64,000 bases of DNA from Ranitomeya imitator (taxonomy: Eukaryota), in the NCBI RefSeq assembly GCF_032444005.1, contig NC_091290.1, forward strand, positions 19,654,001 through 19,718,000, given 5' to 3'. Below the pieces are notes generated by a model, which made no database searches, was not told where the DNA came from, and saw nothing but the letters and a program-made list of their open reading frames with translations. Position numbers and translations under genes: made by a program. Positions 36,504-47,717 of the stretch are shown here, in pieces. How positions within the stretch are numbered: position 1 is the stretch's first letter; each line of letters begins with the position of its first letter.

Positions 36504-39500
36504 CTGTTTAGAAGAAAAATGTGTAAATCACAAGTAAATGCAGTATAAAAGGGGTTGCCTCAGTAGTTTAACACCAACTATAAGGCCTATTAGGACATAT
36601 GAGAGTTATAGTGGGGAAGGTTTCCTGCTTAAATCTAGCTTTTATAGAGCAGAGCGAAAAACAACTACAAAGAATGGCTGGCATGTATTACTACATTTCC
36701 TACAGTGTGGGCAGCACTAAAAGTGCATGACTGGCTACAGTTATAGGATGTTACCATCAGCAGCCTCTGAAGCCTAATGACTGCTAATCGTGGGGCGATG
36801 GATGCTGTAATTCATATTATGTTATTTATGTCCTATATTTGGGGTTGTGAGCATATATCAGCCTGGAGCTGCAAGTAATGACCCTATAATCTACTCACAT
36901 TTCTAAGATGTTTGTGCAGGATGCTTGGGTAAATTCTGCAGGTGACTTGGAATCCTCATTATTCATCCTCCTGGTAGCGGTGGTACAGAGCTAAATGCGG
37001 ACAACAAGAAGATATGAAATACTTTTTTTTCTTACTTTTAGATTGTTTTTTTTATTTATTTTTTTTATTTGTTGTTCTCATACTTACTTTAGAAAGCCAT
37101 TCAGAAGAAGAAGAAAAATTTTGGTAGATAAAGCTCTCGTCCTCATCCTCTGAGACCAGATGTTTGTTTATATCAGAGTGTTCTACAAGACATAGGTAAT
37201 GAAGTATTATTAGAAGTTGTCAATATAACACAGTCACCATTTATCCGTAATATTAATGGGAATCGATTGTCTCAAACTATGGTAGATGAGACAAACAGCT
37301 GATTAGTCTAGATGACGTCTTCTTCTACTTACTGATAGAGAAGCTTGTATCCACACTTGACACAAGCTGAGGAATATACTCCGGCTTCTGACTTAGAAGG
37401 TTGTCAAAGTCTAAGCAAGTCAGGAATGGATGACTCTTGATCTCAAATGCCCCTGCTGGAAAATACAAAATTAACGCGTTGTGAATATTGTCAGAGACTG
37501 TTCCATATCTGAACTGTTTAACTGAATTCTGAACTAATGACGTTTCTGAGCAAACATGAAGGAAATAGTATGACTAGTGATGAGCGAATATACTCGTTAC
37601 TCGAGATTTCTCGAGCATGCTCGGGGTCCTTCGAGTATTTTTTAGTGCTAAGAGTTTTAGTTTTTCTTGCCGCAGCTGAATGATTTACATCTGTTAGCCA
37701 GCATAAGTACATGTGGGGATTTCCTATCAACCAGGCAACCCCCACATGTACTTATTATGCTGGCTAACAGATGTAAATCTTTCAGCTGCGGCAATAAAAA
37801 CTGAAACTCTGAGCACTAATAAATACTCGGAGGACCCCCGAGCATGCTCGAGAAATCTCGAGTAACGAGTATATATGCTCATCACTAAATATATGACTGA
37901 AAGTCATATTATGAAGAATTAGAAATGGATGAGCTGATAGAGAACTGCTAATTCTCATAGACATGAGCAATATGTCCTATGTGTAATAAGAAAATTGTTA
38001 CTTGTCCCAAGTCTTCGTTTAGGTTTTTTTCTCAGCAGTTTAGTGATGAGGCACCAAGCATTAAAGTGAGGAACGTGATAACAATTCCAACATAGGTGTC
38101 CTGTTATATAAAAAATTACAGAAAATGAAACATCTTTATTGGTCTGTAAGACAAAGCTAAGGAAATAAGTAAACAAATGTAACCAACCAAAGCAATGATT
38201 GGATTATTCCACTTACCACCGACAATATTTTTAAAAACCTCATCTGGGGATTTCCCTCTAAATGGTACAGATCCCACAAGAAATTGATGTAGTATGATCC
38301 CCATTGCCCACCAGTCAACAGGTCTTCCATAGCCTTGTTTCAGGATGACCTCTGGGGCTACATAATATGGGGTGCCAGAGACCTGGAAACCAACAGAAGA
38401 AAGAGATGAGATTAATCATAACATTATTATTACAAGTTCCCACCATAAAAACACAATGACATAAGATAAAATATCAGCGGAAAAGATCTCTAGAAATGAC
38501 GAATGCAGAGAAGAAACAGTGTGATGAGATTAGTAAAGAACAAGTTGCGTTTCTATAAATGATGCCCACCTCAAGGTCCTTGAACTCTCTGCTGATCTCC
38601 TCTGCTGATTGCTTGTAGATGTTGTTTTTTGGCATCATGACGCCAAGTTTTGAAAGACCAAAATCAGTAACTTTAATGTGTCCAGTAGATGTTATCAGGA
38701 GGCTGTGGAAGAAAAGATGGTTTTAACCTTGTAGACTATATGATAATAAATGATAACTTCCTTTATCATACTACAGGGGGTACTTACTTCTCTGGCTTCA
38801 GGTCTCTGTGCACCACACCATAGCTGTGCAAGTATTCTACAGCAACAACCGCTTCTGCAAAATACAAGCGGGCCAAGGGGACAGATAAACGACCCCTGGT
38901 GTGTAATAGGGTCTGACAATCTCCACCTGTAGAAAAAAGAAATATGACCGGTGAGAGGTTTATAAAGCAGATCACCATGATGTATAATGGGAAGTGAGCC
39001 GAGATAATTGGCAGGAGAGACTATATACAGATATAATGAATAGCGCACATAGTATTAGACTAAACTAGTGGTGAAATGTGGTCCATGTAACTAATAACAT
39101 AAAGTGATATCACATCTTGTCTACAGCTGAAGAAACTATCCATCTGTCTATCTATCCATCCATTGAAGCCCCTCAGTGTTCTCACCAGCAATATACTTTT
39201 TATGGCCATTTCAAAGTATGATGCCCTCAATAGTGCACAAAATAAGGTCCCCCACAGCACACCACTCAGTATGAAGACCCCACTCTGTACAGGGGCATTC
39301 ACTGTTGACAAGTCAATCTGGGGGTATTAGCAGGCTCCCATTGCCTAGCACACAGTACTATGTCCCCCACAGTCACCCAATCAGTATTATGGCCCCTACA
39401 GATGCTGACAATAAATAAAGCACTATTCCCCTGGCCCCATTGCCACGGCGTGCTGCTCTGGTCAGTCCGGTGTGAGTGTTGAGACTCCACACTACGGGCG

Positions 39501-42500
39501 CGGAGCTGTGACTACTTGGCCCCTGCGGTGTACGGAGTCTCAGATCACAGTCTCACGACCACGGGCTGAATGGTGGATCGGGGGCTTTCGGCCTCATGAT
39601 GCGCCATTCTGTTCAGCTGTATTCACATTCTGAGGATGCGGCCATGCTGAAATTGTGATGACAGGAGGAGTGACGTGGCCCAATGCCAAGTGATGCTGGG
39701 CCCCCTAGAACTCATGGGCCCCATAGTACCCCTGCTCGCAGAAAAATTAATTTCCGTGCATGTAGGTCATATATAACCTATAGTAAATGCTCTGTGGCGA
39801 TGTAACCAACCACCTGGATAAATCCTAATGATATGATAAGATGTCAGCAGACGTGGACTGACTATAATAGAATACACATGTCCTACCTTCCGCATACTCC
39901 ATGACCATACAGAGGTGAGATTTAGATGGAAAGGAGCAGAGCATGGAGACCACAAAGGGACAATCAGAGAATGTTAAGATGTCCCTTTCCAGATAAGCCA
40001 ATTCCTTTTTTTCTGGAATATGCAGGCTCCACTTGGCCATTTTCTTCATTGCAAAGGTGTGATGTAAGTCTTTATGGCGCGCTAAGTAGACGGAGCTGGA
40101 GAAAAGCACAATCCATGGTAAATAATCAATCCTTATTAACAGTCCATCTATAGAAGTCATTATATGATCTTCTGTACTAATTTCTTGAAGTCGGTCCGTC
40201 ACTAGAGATACAATTCTAGAAATGAATAATATAGCACTGCATAGATCAGCTATGGAGATCTGCACAAAGCCATGTCTGCCGGAGCCCTCACACGTCATAT
40301 TAGACAGGAAAGAATCTTCTTGGGCAGATTCGCTATAATTGACCAGAAGATCCGATTCTGTCCAAGCAAAATTTAGTCGAAATTGAAATTCCTCCAATTG
40401 CTGTAAGAAGTTTATTCTGCTCCTCTCAATCCCTAAGGCCGGGGTCTCACTTGTGAGTGCAATGCGAGAAACTCGCCTCAATACCCGGCACTGCGGCCGG
40501 CACTCGGGAGCGGAGTGTGCGACTGCATGTATTTCTATGTCCCGAGTGCCGGCGGCATTGCCGTATATTGAGGCGAGTTTCTCACACTGCACTCACAAGT
40601 GTGACCCCGGCCTAAGGCATAATAAATGGAGGGGATGGAAGTAGTTAAATAATAATGGAGTACATTCTACCCACCTGCCCAAGGCTCCCACCTGTCCATT
40701 CCTGCAGTTCTCCATCCTCCGGGCCAGTCTTTGGTTGCTCTGGCGCCCCCTTCTGGTGCTGAGGTAGTGATTGGACTCACGGGGTCAATATCGTGTCAAT
40801 CCTCCCGTGACCATGTGTAGCCAATTACTCTTATCAGCTCCATAATAGAACCCAAAAACAAAAGTCTGCTGAGGACCAAGCTCTGGTGGAGGCGGCAGCA
40901 TAAGAACAGATGGGGTCTAGGACAAGTGACTGCAATATATTATATCAATCCCTTTCCTTAAGGTATGTGCCCATATTAAGTACTAGCTATTGAACCCGTT
41001 CTATGCCCGGGTGGCGAGCATTTATATTGGTATATGGTCTCCATCCTGGTATGTGCTGCTCCATCCTGCGTCCCCATCCTGTCATGTGCTGCTCCATCCT
41101 GCGTCCCCATCCTGTCATGTGCTGCTCCATCCTGCGCCCCCATTCTGTCATGTGCTGCTCCATCCTGCGCCCCCGTTCTGTCATGTGCTGCTCCCATCCT
41201 GCGCCACCATTCTGTCATTTGCTGCTCCCATCCTGCGCCCCCGTTCTGTCATGTGCTGCTCCCATCCTGCGCCCCCGTTCTGTCATGTGCTGCTCCCATC
41301 CTGCGCCCCCGTTCTGTCATTTGCTGCTCCCATCCTGTCATGTGCTGCTCCCTTCCTGCGCCCCCGTTCTGCCATGTGCTGCTGCCATCCTGCACCCCCG
41401 TTCTGTCATGTGCTGCTCCCATCCTGCGCCCCCGTTCTGTCATGTGCTGCTCCCATCCTGCGGCACCGTTCTTTAATTTGCTGCTCCCATCCATATGCCC
41501 CATACGCTGCTCCATAAGATGCTCCATAGTATATGCCCCGTATCAGGTGGCGTAAGTAACAAATAGCTGTGGCATGAAGTGCCCCAGCCTCATGCCACAG
41601 CAATTTGTTACTTGCGCCACCTGATTCCTTTCCGCCGCCATTTTCTTGGTCCTCCTGCTGGCGGAATCGGCGCCTGCGCAGTCCGCGCTTTCCGGCGCCA
41701 TTTTCTTGAAGACACACCTGCAGTGTGTCTTCAAGAAAATGGCGCCGGCAGTGTGTCTTCAAGAAAATGGCGCCGGAAAGCGCGGACTGCGCAGGCGCCG
41801 ATTCCGGCAGCAGGACCAAGAAAATGGCGGCGGAAAGGAATCAGGTGGAGTAAATAACAAATTGCTGTGGCATGAAGTGTCACAGCTTCATGTCACAGCA
41901 ATTTGTTACGCCATTCCTTTCCGTCCATTTTCTTCGTCCTCCTACTGCCGAAATCGGCGCCTGCGCAGTCCGTGCTTTCCGGCGCCATTTTCTTGAAGAC
42001 ACACCTGCAGTGGAGCCGGAGTGTCTTGAAGAAAATGGCGCCGGAAAGCGCGGACTGTGCAGGCGCCGATTCCGGCAGCAGGAATCGGCGCCTACGCAGT
42101 CCGCGCTTTCCGGCGCCATTTTCTTGAAGACACACCTGCAGTGAAGCCGGAGTGTGTCTTCAAGAAAATGGCGCGGACTGTGCAGGCGCCGATTCTGGCA
42201 GCGGGAATCGGCGCCTGCGCAGTCCGCGCTTTCCGGCGCCATTTTCTTGAAGACACACTCCGGCTCCTCTGCCTGTGACTGGTCAGAGGGCGGCGCCGGC
42301 GCGCATTAAGCGCGTCATCGCGCCCTCTGAACTGTCACAGCAGAGGAGCCGGGAGACGGAGCCGCACACAGCGCTGGAACGGGGAAAGGTGAATATACTT
42401 ACCCTCCTGGCGGTCCCTGACTCTCCGGTGGAGATCGCGGTGTGCGTTCAGGTGTTCAGTGCTTACGCATACCGCGATCTCCTGGGAGCGTTACTCTGTG

Positions 42501-45500
42501 GGGGCCAGACTGCGCCGGCGCTTGCGCCTGCGCAGTCTATAAAGGCTTCGGACAGAGTGACGCTCCCAGCGTTATATTATAGATTTGCAGCAGAAATCTT
42601 TACACCATATCTACATTTCTAAGCAGGAAAAATGATGCGTCAAATAGGCGCATTTTTGTCGTGTTTTTGATACATTTTTTACCTGCGTTTTTGTTGCAGA
42701 TTTTCCTTCACTCATTATTATGTGTGAAATCTGCAGAAGCAACGCTGAAAGAATTGACATGCTGCAGGTTTAAATGGAAAGATAAGCATCGTGTGCAGGA
42801 GACTTAAGGAATCTCAGTCACATTTCTGGCATCATGAAATTCCTCAGGTTTTGTAACAAATCTGAGCAGAAAAAAAAAACACAAAAAATGCGACAAGTCT
42901 GCAATGTGTGCACAGGTCCTTACAGTGTGACCTGCTATAGGTCCGTACGCTCCACTGTGTATAATGAGCTGAATAGTGGGAATTAGATGTGAACAGTGAT
43001 GTGGACTCCGATCATTTCCCTATGATAACGATGAATAGCAGAACACAGAGGCAGAAGTGTTGTCATAGGGAACCCTGAGGTTATGTGCACATGTTGCAGA
43101 TTTGACGCTGCGCTGTTTTCCATGCCATTTACAGTACCATGTAAACCTATGGAAAACCAAATCCGCTGTGCACATGCTGCGGGAAATACCGCACAGATTT
43201 GCTGCGGTTTATTTTCTGCAGCATGTCAATTCTTTGTGCGGATTCCGCAGCGTTTTACACCCGCTCCAATGAATCCGCAGGTAATCCGCAGGACGTTTTA
43301 CCTGCAGAGTTTTCAGATTCTGCGCTGAAAAATCCGCACACGAATCCGCAACGTGTGCACATACCCTGAGAAATGTGGATTATACCCAACAGAAATCTCA
43401 CCCAAAAGCCCCAGCGCAGATCAGTTTAGATGTTTCAAAGTCGCTTATATGCGGCATTCTCGCTGGGATCAATGATTCAATCGCTCCCTATAAAAAAAAT
43501 AAGAAATGATAGTCAGATAAAAAAGCTGCAAGAAAAAAGCTCCAGATACAAAAACTTCTTCCTCCAATATTATGTCCCAGCCGATTTACAGTGATTGACT
43601 GTACAAGCAGAACGCTCCGCAGACACTGATGTCATTTAACCCCTGAAGGAACAGCGCTATTTCCGTTTTTTGCTCCCTTCTTCCCAGAGCTATAACTTTA
43701 TTTTTTGGTCAATATGGCCTAGTGAGGGCTTGTTTTTTGTGGGACGAGTTTTATGTTTGAGTAGTTTTACGTTTAAATTACACCATCTCTTTTACTATAT
43801 CCTTTACTGAAAAGTGGGATAAAAATTCTAAGTGTGGTGAAATTGCAAAAAAGTGAAATTCCACAATTGCTTTTTTTTTTTTTTTTACCACCTTCACTAA
43901 ATGCTAAAACTGACCTGCGATTATGATTCTCCAAGTCATTACAAGTTCACAGATACCAAACATGTCTAGGTTCTTTTTTATTTAATTGGTGAAAAAAATC
44001 CAAAGCTTGTCATTTTCTGAGATTTGTAGCATCTCCATTTTTCCTTATCTGGGTGAGGGCTTATTTTTTGCGTGCTGAGCTGACATTTGATACCATTTTC
44101 GGATAGATGCGATGTTTTGATCGCCCGTTATTGCATGTTATTGCAATGTTGCAGCGACCAAAAAAGCGTAATTCTGGAGTTTTGATTTTTTGCTTGTTAC
44201 GCCATTTACCGATCATATTAATTATTTTTATATTTTGATATATCAGGCGTTTCCGAATGCGGCGATATCAAATATGTGTATTTTTTTGTTTTATTTTGAA
44301 TGGAGCAAAAGGACGGTAATTTGGACTTTGGCTCATCTGCTGTGAGCACCGACCACCGGGGGACAATGACAACCCCAGGGGTCTCCTGCCAAGAGCTAAG
44401 ACGCACTTCCTGCGCAGCCATGTTAAATGCCACTGTCGGAGTTTGACAGCGGCATTTAACGTATTAAAAGCTGCAGGTGGATCACGATTCCACCCACGGC
44501 TGTTAAAGGTATATAACTGGATCAGCTGTCATATGCCGGATAAGATTGGGTAGGTCATGGACATTGCAGTTCATAGGTCATTAAGGGGATAAGGGAGGCC
44601 TCCATACACCGGAATCATTGCACAGTGCTGAATAATATGGTAGATCACTTATGAAAACTTAAAGGGAACCTGTCACCCCGAAAATCGGGGGTGAGGTAAT
44701 CCCACCGGCATCAGGGGCTTATCTGCAGCATTCTATAATGCTGTAGATAAGCCCCCGATGTTACCTGAAAAAGGAGAAAAAGACGTTAGATTATACTCAC
44801 CCAGGGGCGGTCCCGCTGCTGGTCTGGTCAGATGGGCGTCTCCGGTCCGCTGCGTCGCCTCCCATCTTCTTTCCATGACGTCCTCTTCTGATCTTCAGCC
44901 ACGGCTCCGGCGCAGGCGTACTTTGCTCTGCCCTGTTGAGGGCAGAGGATAGTACAGCAGTGCGCAGGCGCCGGAAAGGTCAGAGGCTCGGCGCCTGCGC
45001 ACTGCAGTACTTTGTCTGCCCTCAACAGGGCAGAGCAAAGTACGCCTGCGCCGGAGCCGTGGCTGAAGATCAGAAGAGGACGTCATGGAAAGAAGATAGG
45101 AGGCGCCGCAGCGGACCGGAGACGCCCATCTGACCAGACCAGCAGCGGGACCGCCCCTGGGTGAGTATAATCTAACGTCTTTTTCTCCTTTTTCAGGTAA
45201 CATCGGGGGCTTATCTACAGCATTATAGAATGCTGCAGATAAGCCCCTGATGCCGGTGGGATTACCTCACCCGCGATTTTCGGGGTGACAGGTTCCCTTT
45301 AAAGGCAATTCTGTCAGCAGGTTTTTTTTATATGTAATCTAAGAGCAGCATGATGTAAGGGCTGAAATCCTGATTCCAGCTGTTGTTTAATTAAAATTAG
45401 TGTTTAATCAGCACGTACTCCTATTGCTCTGTGTGACCCTGCCCCCACCACAGATTAGCGGATATCTGCTTATTCACAGTGTACTGTAAATAGAAAGTTG

Positions 45501-47717
45501 CCAATCAATGGTGTGGGCGGGCTTATAAAGGGCTCAGCATTCAGAGCTCTGCTAGATCTGCAGCAGAAAAGTGCAATTTTATCACAACTACTCCACCCAG
45601 TAAAGTAGGTGACATCGCTGGAATCAGGGTCCCTGCCCCTACATCATGCTGCTCTCAGATGGGTAGCAAAAACCTGGTGCCAGATTCGGTTTAGTATAAG
45701 TGCTATTATCTAACACTATAGGATCATCTACATTTAGAATAGAGATGTCCCCTGGTTATATGGGGGATAATACTGGACGCGTCCTTCACACCCCATGATC
45801 TGGTGATATACAGACACCCCCTCTAGGATACTCACAGCGACAGGTTCTTGGATCTCCGGGATCTCACAGATTCCACTGTCAGGAATCGCCAGCACAGTTG
45901 GATCTAAAACAGTGATAAAACGATGAAGAAATAAAATGTATTAGACAATATCAATCCTACATATACAATACAGCAATCTACAGGAGAAATAACGGCCGTC
46001 TGTAAATGGGGATATCACTAATTATATGGGGAGTGTAAATATGAGGAGCACATCGCCCTCACTGTACATGTGAGTGATGGGAAGAGAGAGCTCAAGCTGA
46101 GCAGCAATATGCAGATTAGCCTGGAAGTGCAGGAGGGCGTGTCACTGCACTCAGACGGTTTCTACCACGCCCCCAGTGCACTTCCATCCAATTTGGTGCA
46201 TTGCTTCTACGTTAGATTCTCCTGACTGAGACATTGGATTTCTACAAACAAAATGGCTCCTGTCATTAGAGGATAATGGGCTGTCCAGTCAGAGCAGCAC
46301 TTCACATGTACCATGTGCGGGCAGGTTCCCTGTACACAGAGTAGAGTAAATCCGCCATTGTCCCCTGTGCTCTAGAATATCTGGAGATCCCTTCTAGAAG
46401 GTCGGGTGATTGGCTTACCTGTGGTCAGATCGCTGCTCAGTTCCACCTGACTCGTATTCAGGTCAGGGATCATTTCCGGGTGTAGGTTTTGCCCATCTTC
46501 GGTGTCGCCTTCTGCTGTTTCCTAATAGTTAGAATAAATAGATTTAATATTTGGAAGATTTCACTAAATCACCAAATCCATAAATCAGGGAGCACTAAAC
46601 CTGCATTTACAGATGCAGTAGTTGTAACTTGCAGATAATGCGCCATGTTTTCTCATTTTGGTGGATTAAGAAAAATTAAGATTGAAAAATCAAATGTTCA
46701 GTGTAAACTTCTCTGCACCGTGACCCCAGAGCCGTGTTACCTGCGCTCGTTATATCATGGGGGACATCGTGTCCTTCATTCATTACAGTATTAGAGGGAA
46801 TTGCTTTACACTGCAGCTCCTCTCCACAAGTCCAGATTAATATACTGTAAAGGAGACTTGTAGACACGACATTTCTGTAATATCGCCTGTTATCTCAGCA
46901 TTACAAGCAGGAAGCCTGTAATCCTAGTGATAGACAGAGGCCGATATACAGACGTCCCGCCACTGAGCTGTGACTACATCTGCAGAATACAGACTGCCAT
47001 CACAGGCGAGGAGGGAGCATTAGGGACTAGCAGCCATAATTCTGCTGTGCCTGCCAGGAGCTGACAGGGAGGCCTGTAAGATGGAACACCAGCTCTTCTG
47101 ATATCTGACTGGTGATCTGGAGAAGATCAGAAAACAAGGACGTGTGACCGAGAAGAAGACGGCTCCTTACCAGGCGTTCCGATGAGCGGGCCGGACCTTC
47201 CAGTACAGACAGGACTTTTTGGGCGAGGTCCTTAATAGAAGACAAATCGCCATTTTGAAATCTTGCTTCAGCCTATAAAAAAAAAAGAAAAGAAATACAA
47301 ATGAAAATCCTGAGGAGAGAAAGGTCACAATGAAGGCGGCCATTTTATGACATTTGCTCCTCTTTCTGCAGATACAATGACGCCATATCTGGGGATTAGC
47401 GGTGTTTTATATTGGAGGAAAGAAGAAACTTGTATCCCGCCATTATTATCTATTATTATGGAGAAGATCTGTGCGGAGCGTCCGCCGCTTACCTGCTGTA
47501 GTGAAGTCCTGATGTTCTGAGGTAAATCTCTCAGATATTCTGAGGTGAGATGACCTTCGTAGTATTTGGTCAGGCAGTCTCTTACTAGCCCCATCACCAG
47601 CCGGTGAGTGAAGCTGAGGACGCCATCGGGTGGTAGAAGCGCAGTGTCAGGGCGATTGTTGTTAAAAATCCCCCATAGTGCGTCTACCTGAAGTTTATCT
47701 AGAAGATAGTCAGCCAT
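36430..47717 (-). CDS. MAST-family (microtubule-associated Ser/Thr kinase-like) AGC kinase, divergent paralogue; join complement(47493-47717,47171-47272,46419-46521,45836-45903,43402-43487,39887-40095,38788-38926,38570-38702,38217-38382,38002-38100,37333-37455,37088-37182,36899-36990,36430-36503); true start and 3' end unresolved
   Basis: 14 GT-AG exons in consistent phase (1714 nt, about 571 aa); DUF1908-like N-terminus; [53 protein letters not shown]; intron positions match MAST1-4 kinase domain as I recall them. Confidence 0.88.
36899..36990 (-). CDS. MAST-like kinase, post-kinase exon
   Basis: tag|[30 protein letters not shown]|gtgagt; phase fits. Confidence 0.6.
37088..37182 (-). CDS. 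MAST-like kinase exon (AGC C-terminal tail)
   Basis: [31 protein letters not shown] resembles MAST ..SEDEEE..RQFSSCSPRF. Confidence 0.8.
37333..37455 (-). CDS. MAST-like kinase exon (AGC C-terminal)
   Basis: [40 protein letters not shown]. Confidence 0.88.
37575..37887. mobile_element. hAT-like palindromic MITE in a kinase intron
   Basis: Long TIRs TAGTGATGAGCGAATATACTCGTTACTCGAGATTTCTCGAGCATGCTCGGGG; imperfect flanking duplication (aatagtatgac / aatatatgac). Confidence 0.65.
38002..38100 (-). CDS. MAST-like kinase exon (subdomains X-XI)
   Basis: [32 protein letters not shown]. Confidence 0.85.
38217..38382 (-). CDS. MAST-like kinase exon (subdomains VIII-IX)
   Basis: [55 protein letters not shown]. 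Confidence 0.93.
38570..38702 (-). CDS. MAST-like kinase exon (DFG/activation segment)
   Basis: [44 protein letters not shown]. Confidence 0.93.
38788..38926 (-). CDS. MAST-like kinase exon (catalytic loop)
   Basis: [45 protein letters not shown]. Confidence 0.93.
39887..40095 (-). CDS. MAST-like kinase exon (subdomains II-V)
   Basis: [18 protein letters not shown]...[35 protein letters not shown]. Confidence 0.93.
40437..40612. mobile_element. PIF/Harbinger (Tourist-like) MITE
   Basis: TIRs GGCCGGGGTC(T/A)CACTTGTGAGTGCA; TAA TSD at 40434-40436 and 40613-40615; almost fully palindromic. Confidence 0.85.
40983..42583 (-). mobile_element. Non-autonomous Helitron (1601 bp) in a kinase intron
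   Basis: Minus strand starts A|TCTATAATATAACGC and ends CCCG-GGCATAGAA-CGGG-TTCAATAG-CTAG|T: 5' TC, subterminal hairpin, 3' CTAG, A/T insertion site, no TSD; internal about 34-bp minisatellite (41050-41490) and palindromic repeats. Confidence 0.8.
43079..43366. mobile_element. PIF/Harbinger (Tourist-like) MITE
   Basis: TIRs GGTTATGTGCACATGTTGCAGAT / rc GGGTATGTGCACACGTTGCGGAT; TGA TSD at 43076-43078 and 43367-43369; same family as 6045-6403. Confidence 0.8.
43402..43487 (-). CDS. MAST-like kinase exon (glycine-rich loop)
   Basis: tag|[29 protein letters not shown]|gtgaga, cf. MAST PSEEDFETIKLISNGAYG. Confidence 0.88.
43640..44588. mobile_element. Degenerate non-autonomous TTAA-specific (piggyBac-like) DNA element
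   Basis: TTAA|CCCCTGAAGGA at left and TCATTAAGGGG|ATAA at right; no ORF. Confidence 0.5.
44663..45298. mobile_element. T2/Kolobok-type MITE, near-perfect 636-bp fold-back
   Basis: TTAA|AGGGAACCTGTCACCCCG...CGGGGTGACAGGTTCCCT|TTAA; about 310-bp arms with few mismatches. Confidence 0.88.
45303..45690. mobile_element. Older T2/Kolobok-type MITE abutting the previous one
   Basis: AGGCAATTCTGTCAGCAGGTTTTT...GAGCAGCATGATGTA..CCTGATTCCAGC mirrored near 45617-45690. Confidence 0.5.
45836..45903 (-). CDS. MAST-like kinase exon (linker)
   Basis: [23 protein letters not shown]|gtgagt; phase fits neighbours. Confidence 0.7.
46419..46521 (-). CDS. MAST-like kinase exon (end of DUF1908-like region)
   Basis: [16 protein letters not shown].. 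resembles MAST EAAEGHAKEGQGI. Confidence 0.72.
47171..47272 (-). CDS. MAST-like kinase exon (DUF1908-like)
   Basis: [34 protein letters not shown], cf. AHERSESSEV..LVKKLMIIIARPARLLECL. Confidence 0.8.
47493..47717 (-). CDS. MAST-like kinase exon (DUF1908-like; 5' boundary uncertain)
   Basis: ..[54 protein letters not shown]|gtaagc, cf. [31 protein letters not shown]. Confidence 0.8.

Noticed and set aside
39825-40592. 255-aa ORF as a single-exon kinase
   Set aside because: Kinase similarity is limited to 39887-40095, bounded by ag/gt; the upstream part is intron plus a MITE
40976-42622. Cluster of short overlapping ORFs (FRRHFLEDT.., KKMAPESA..)
   Set aside because: Products of palindromic and tandem repeats inside the Helitron; no Rep/helicase motifs
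44758-45203. Mirror-image ORFs on both strands
   Set aside because: Consequence of the fold-back MITE
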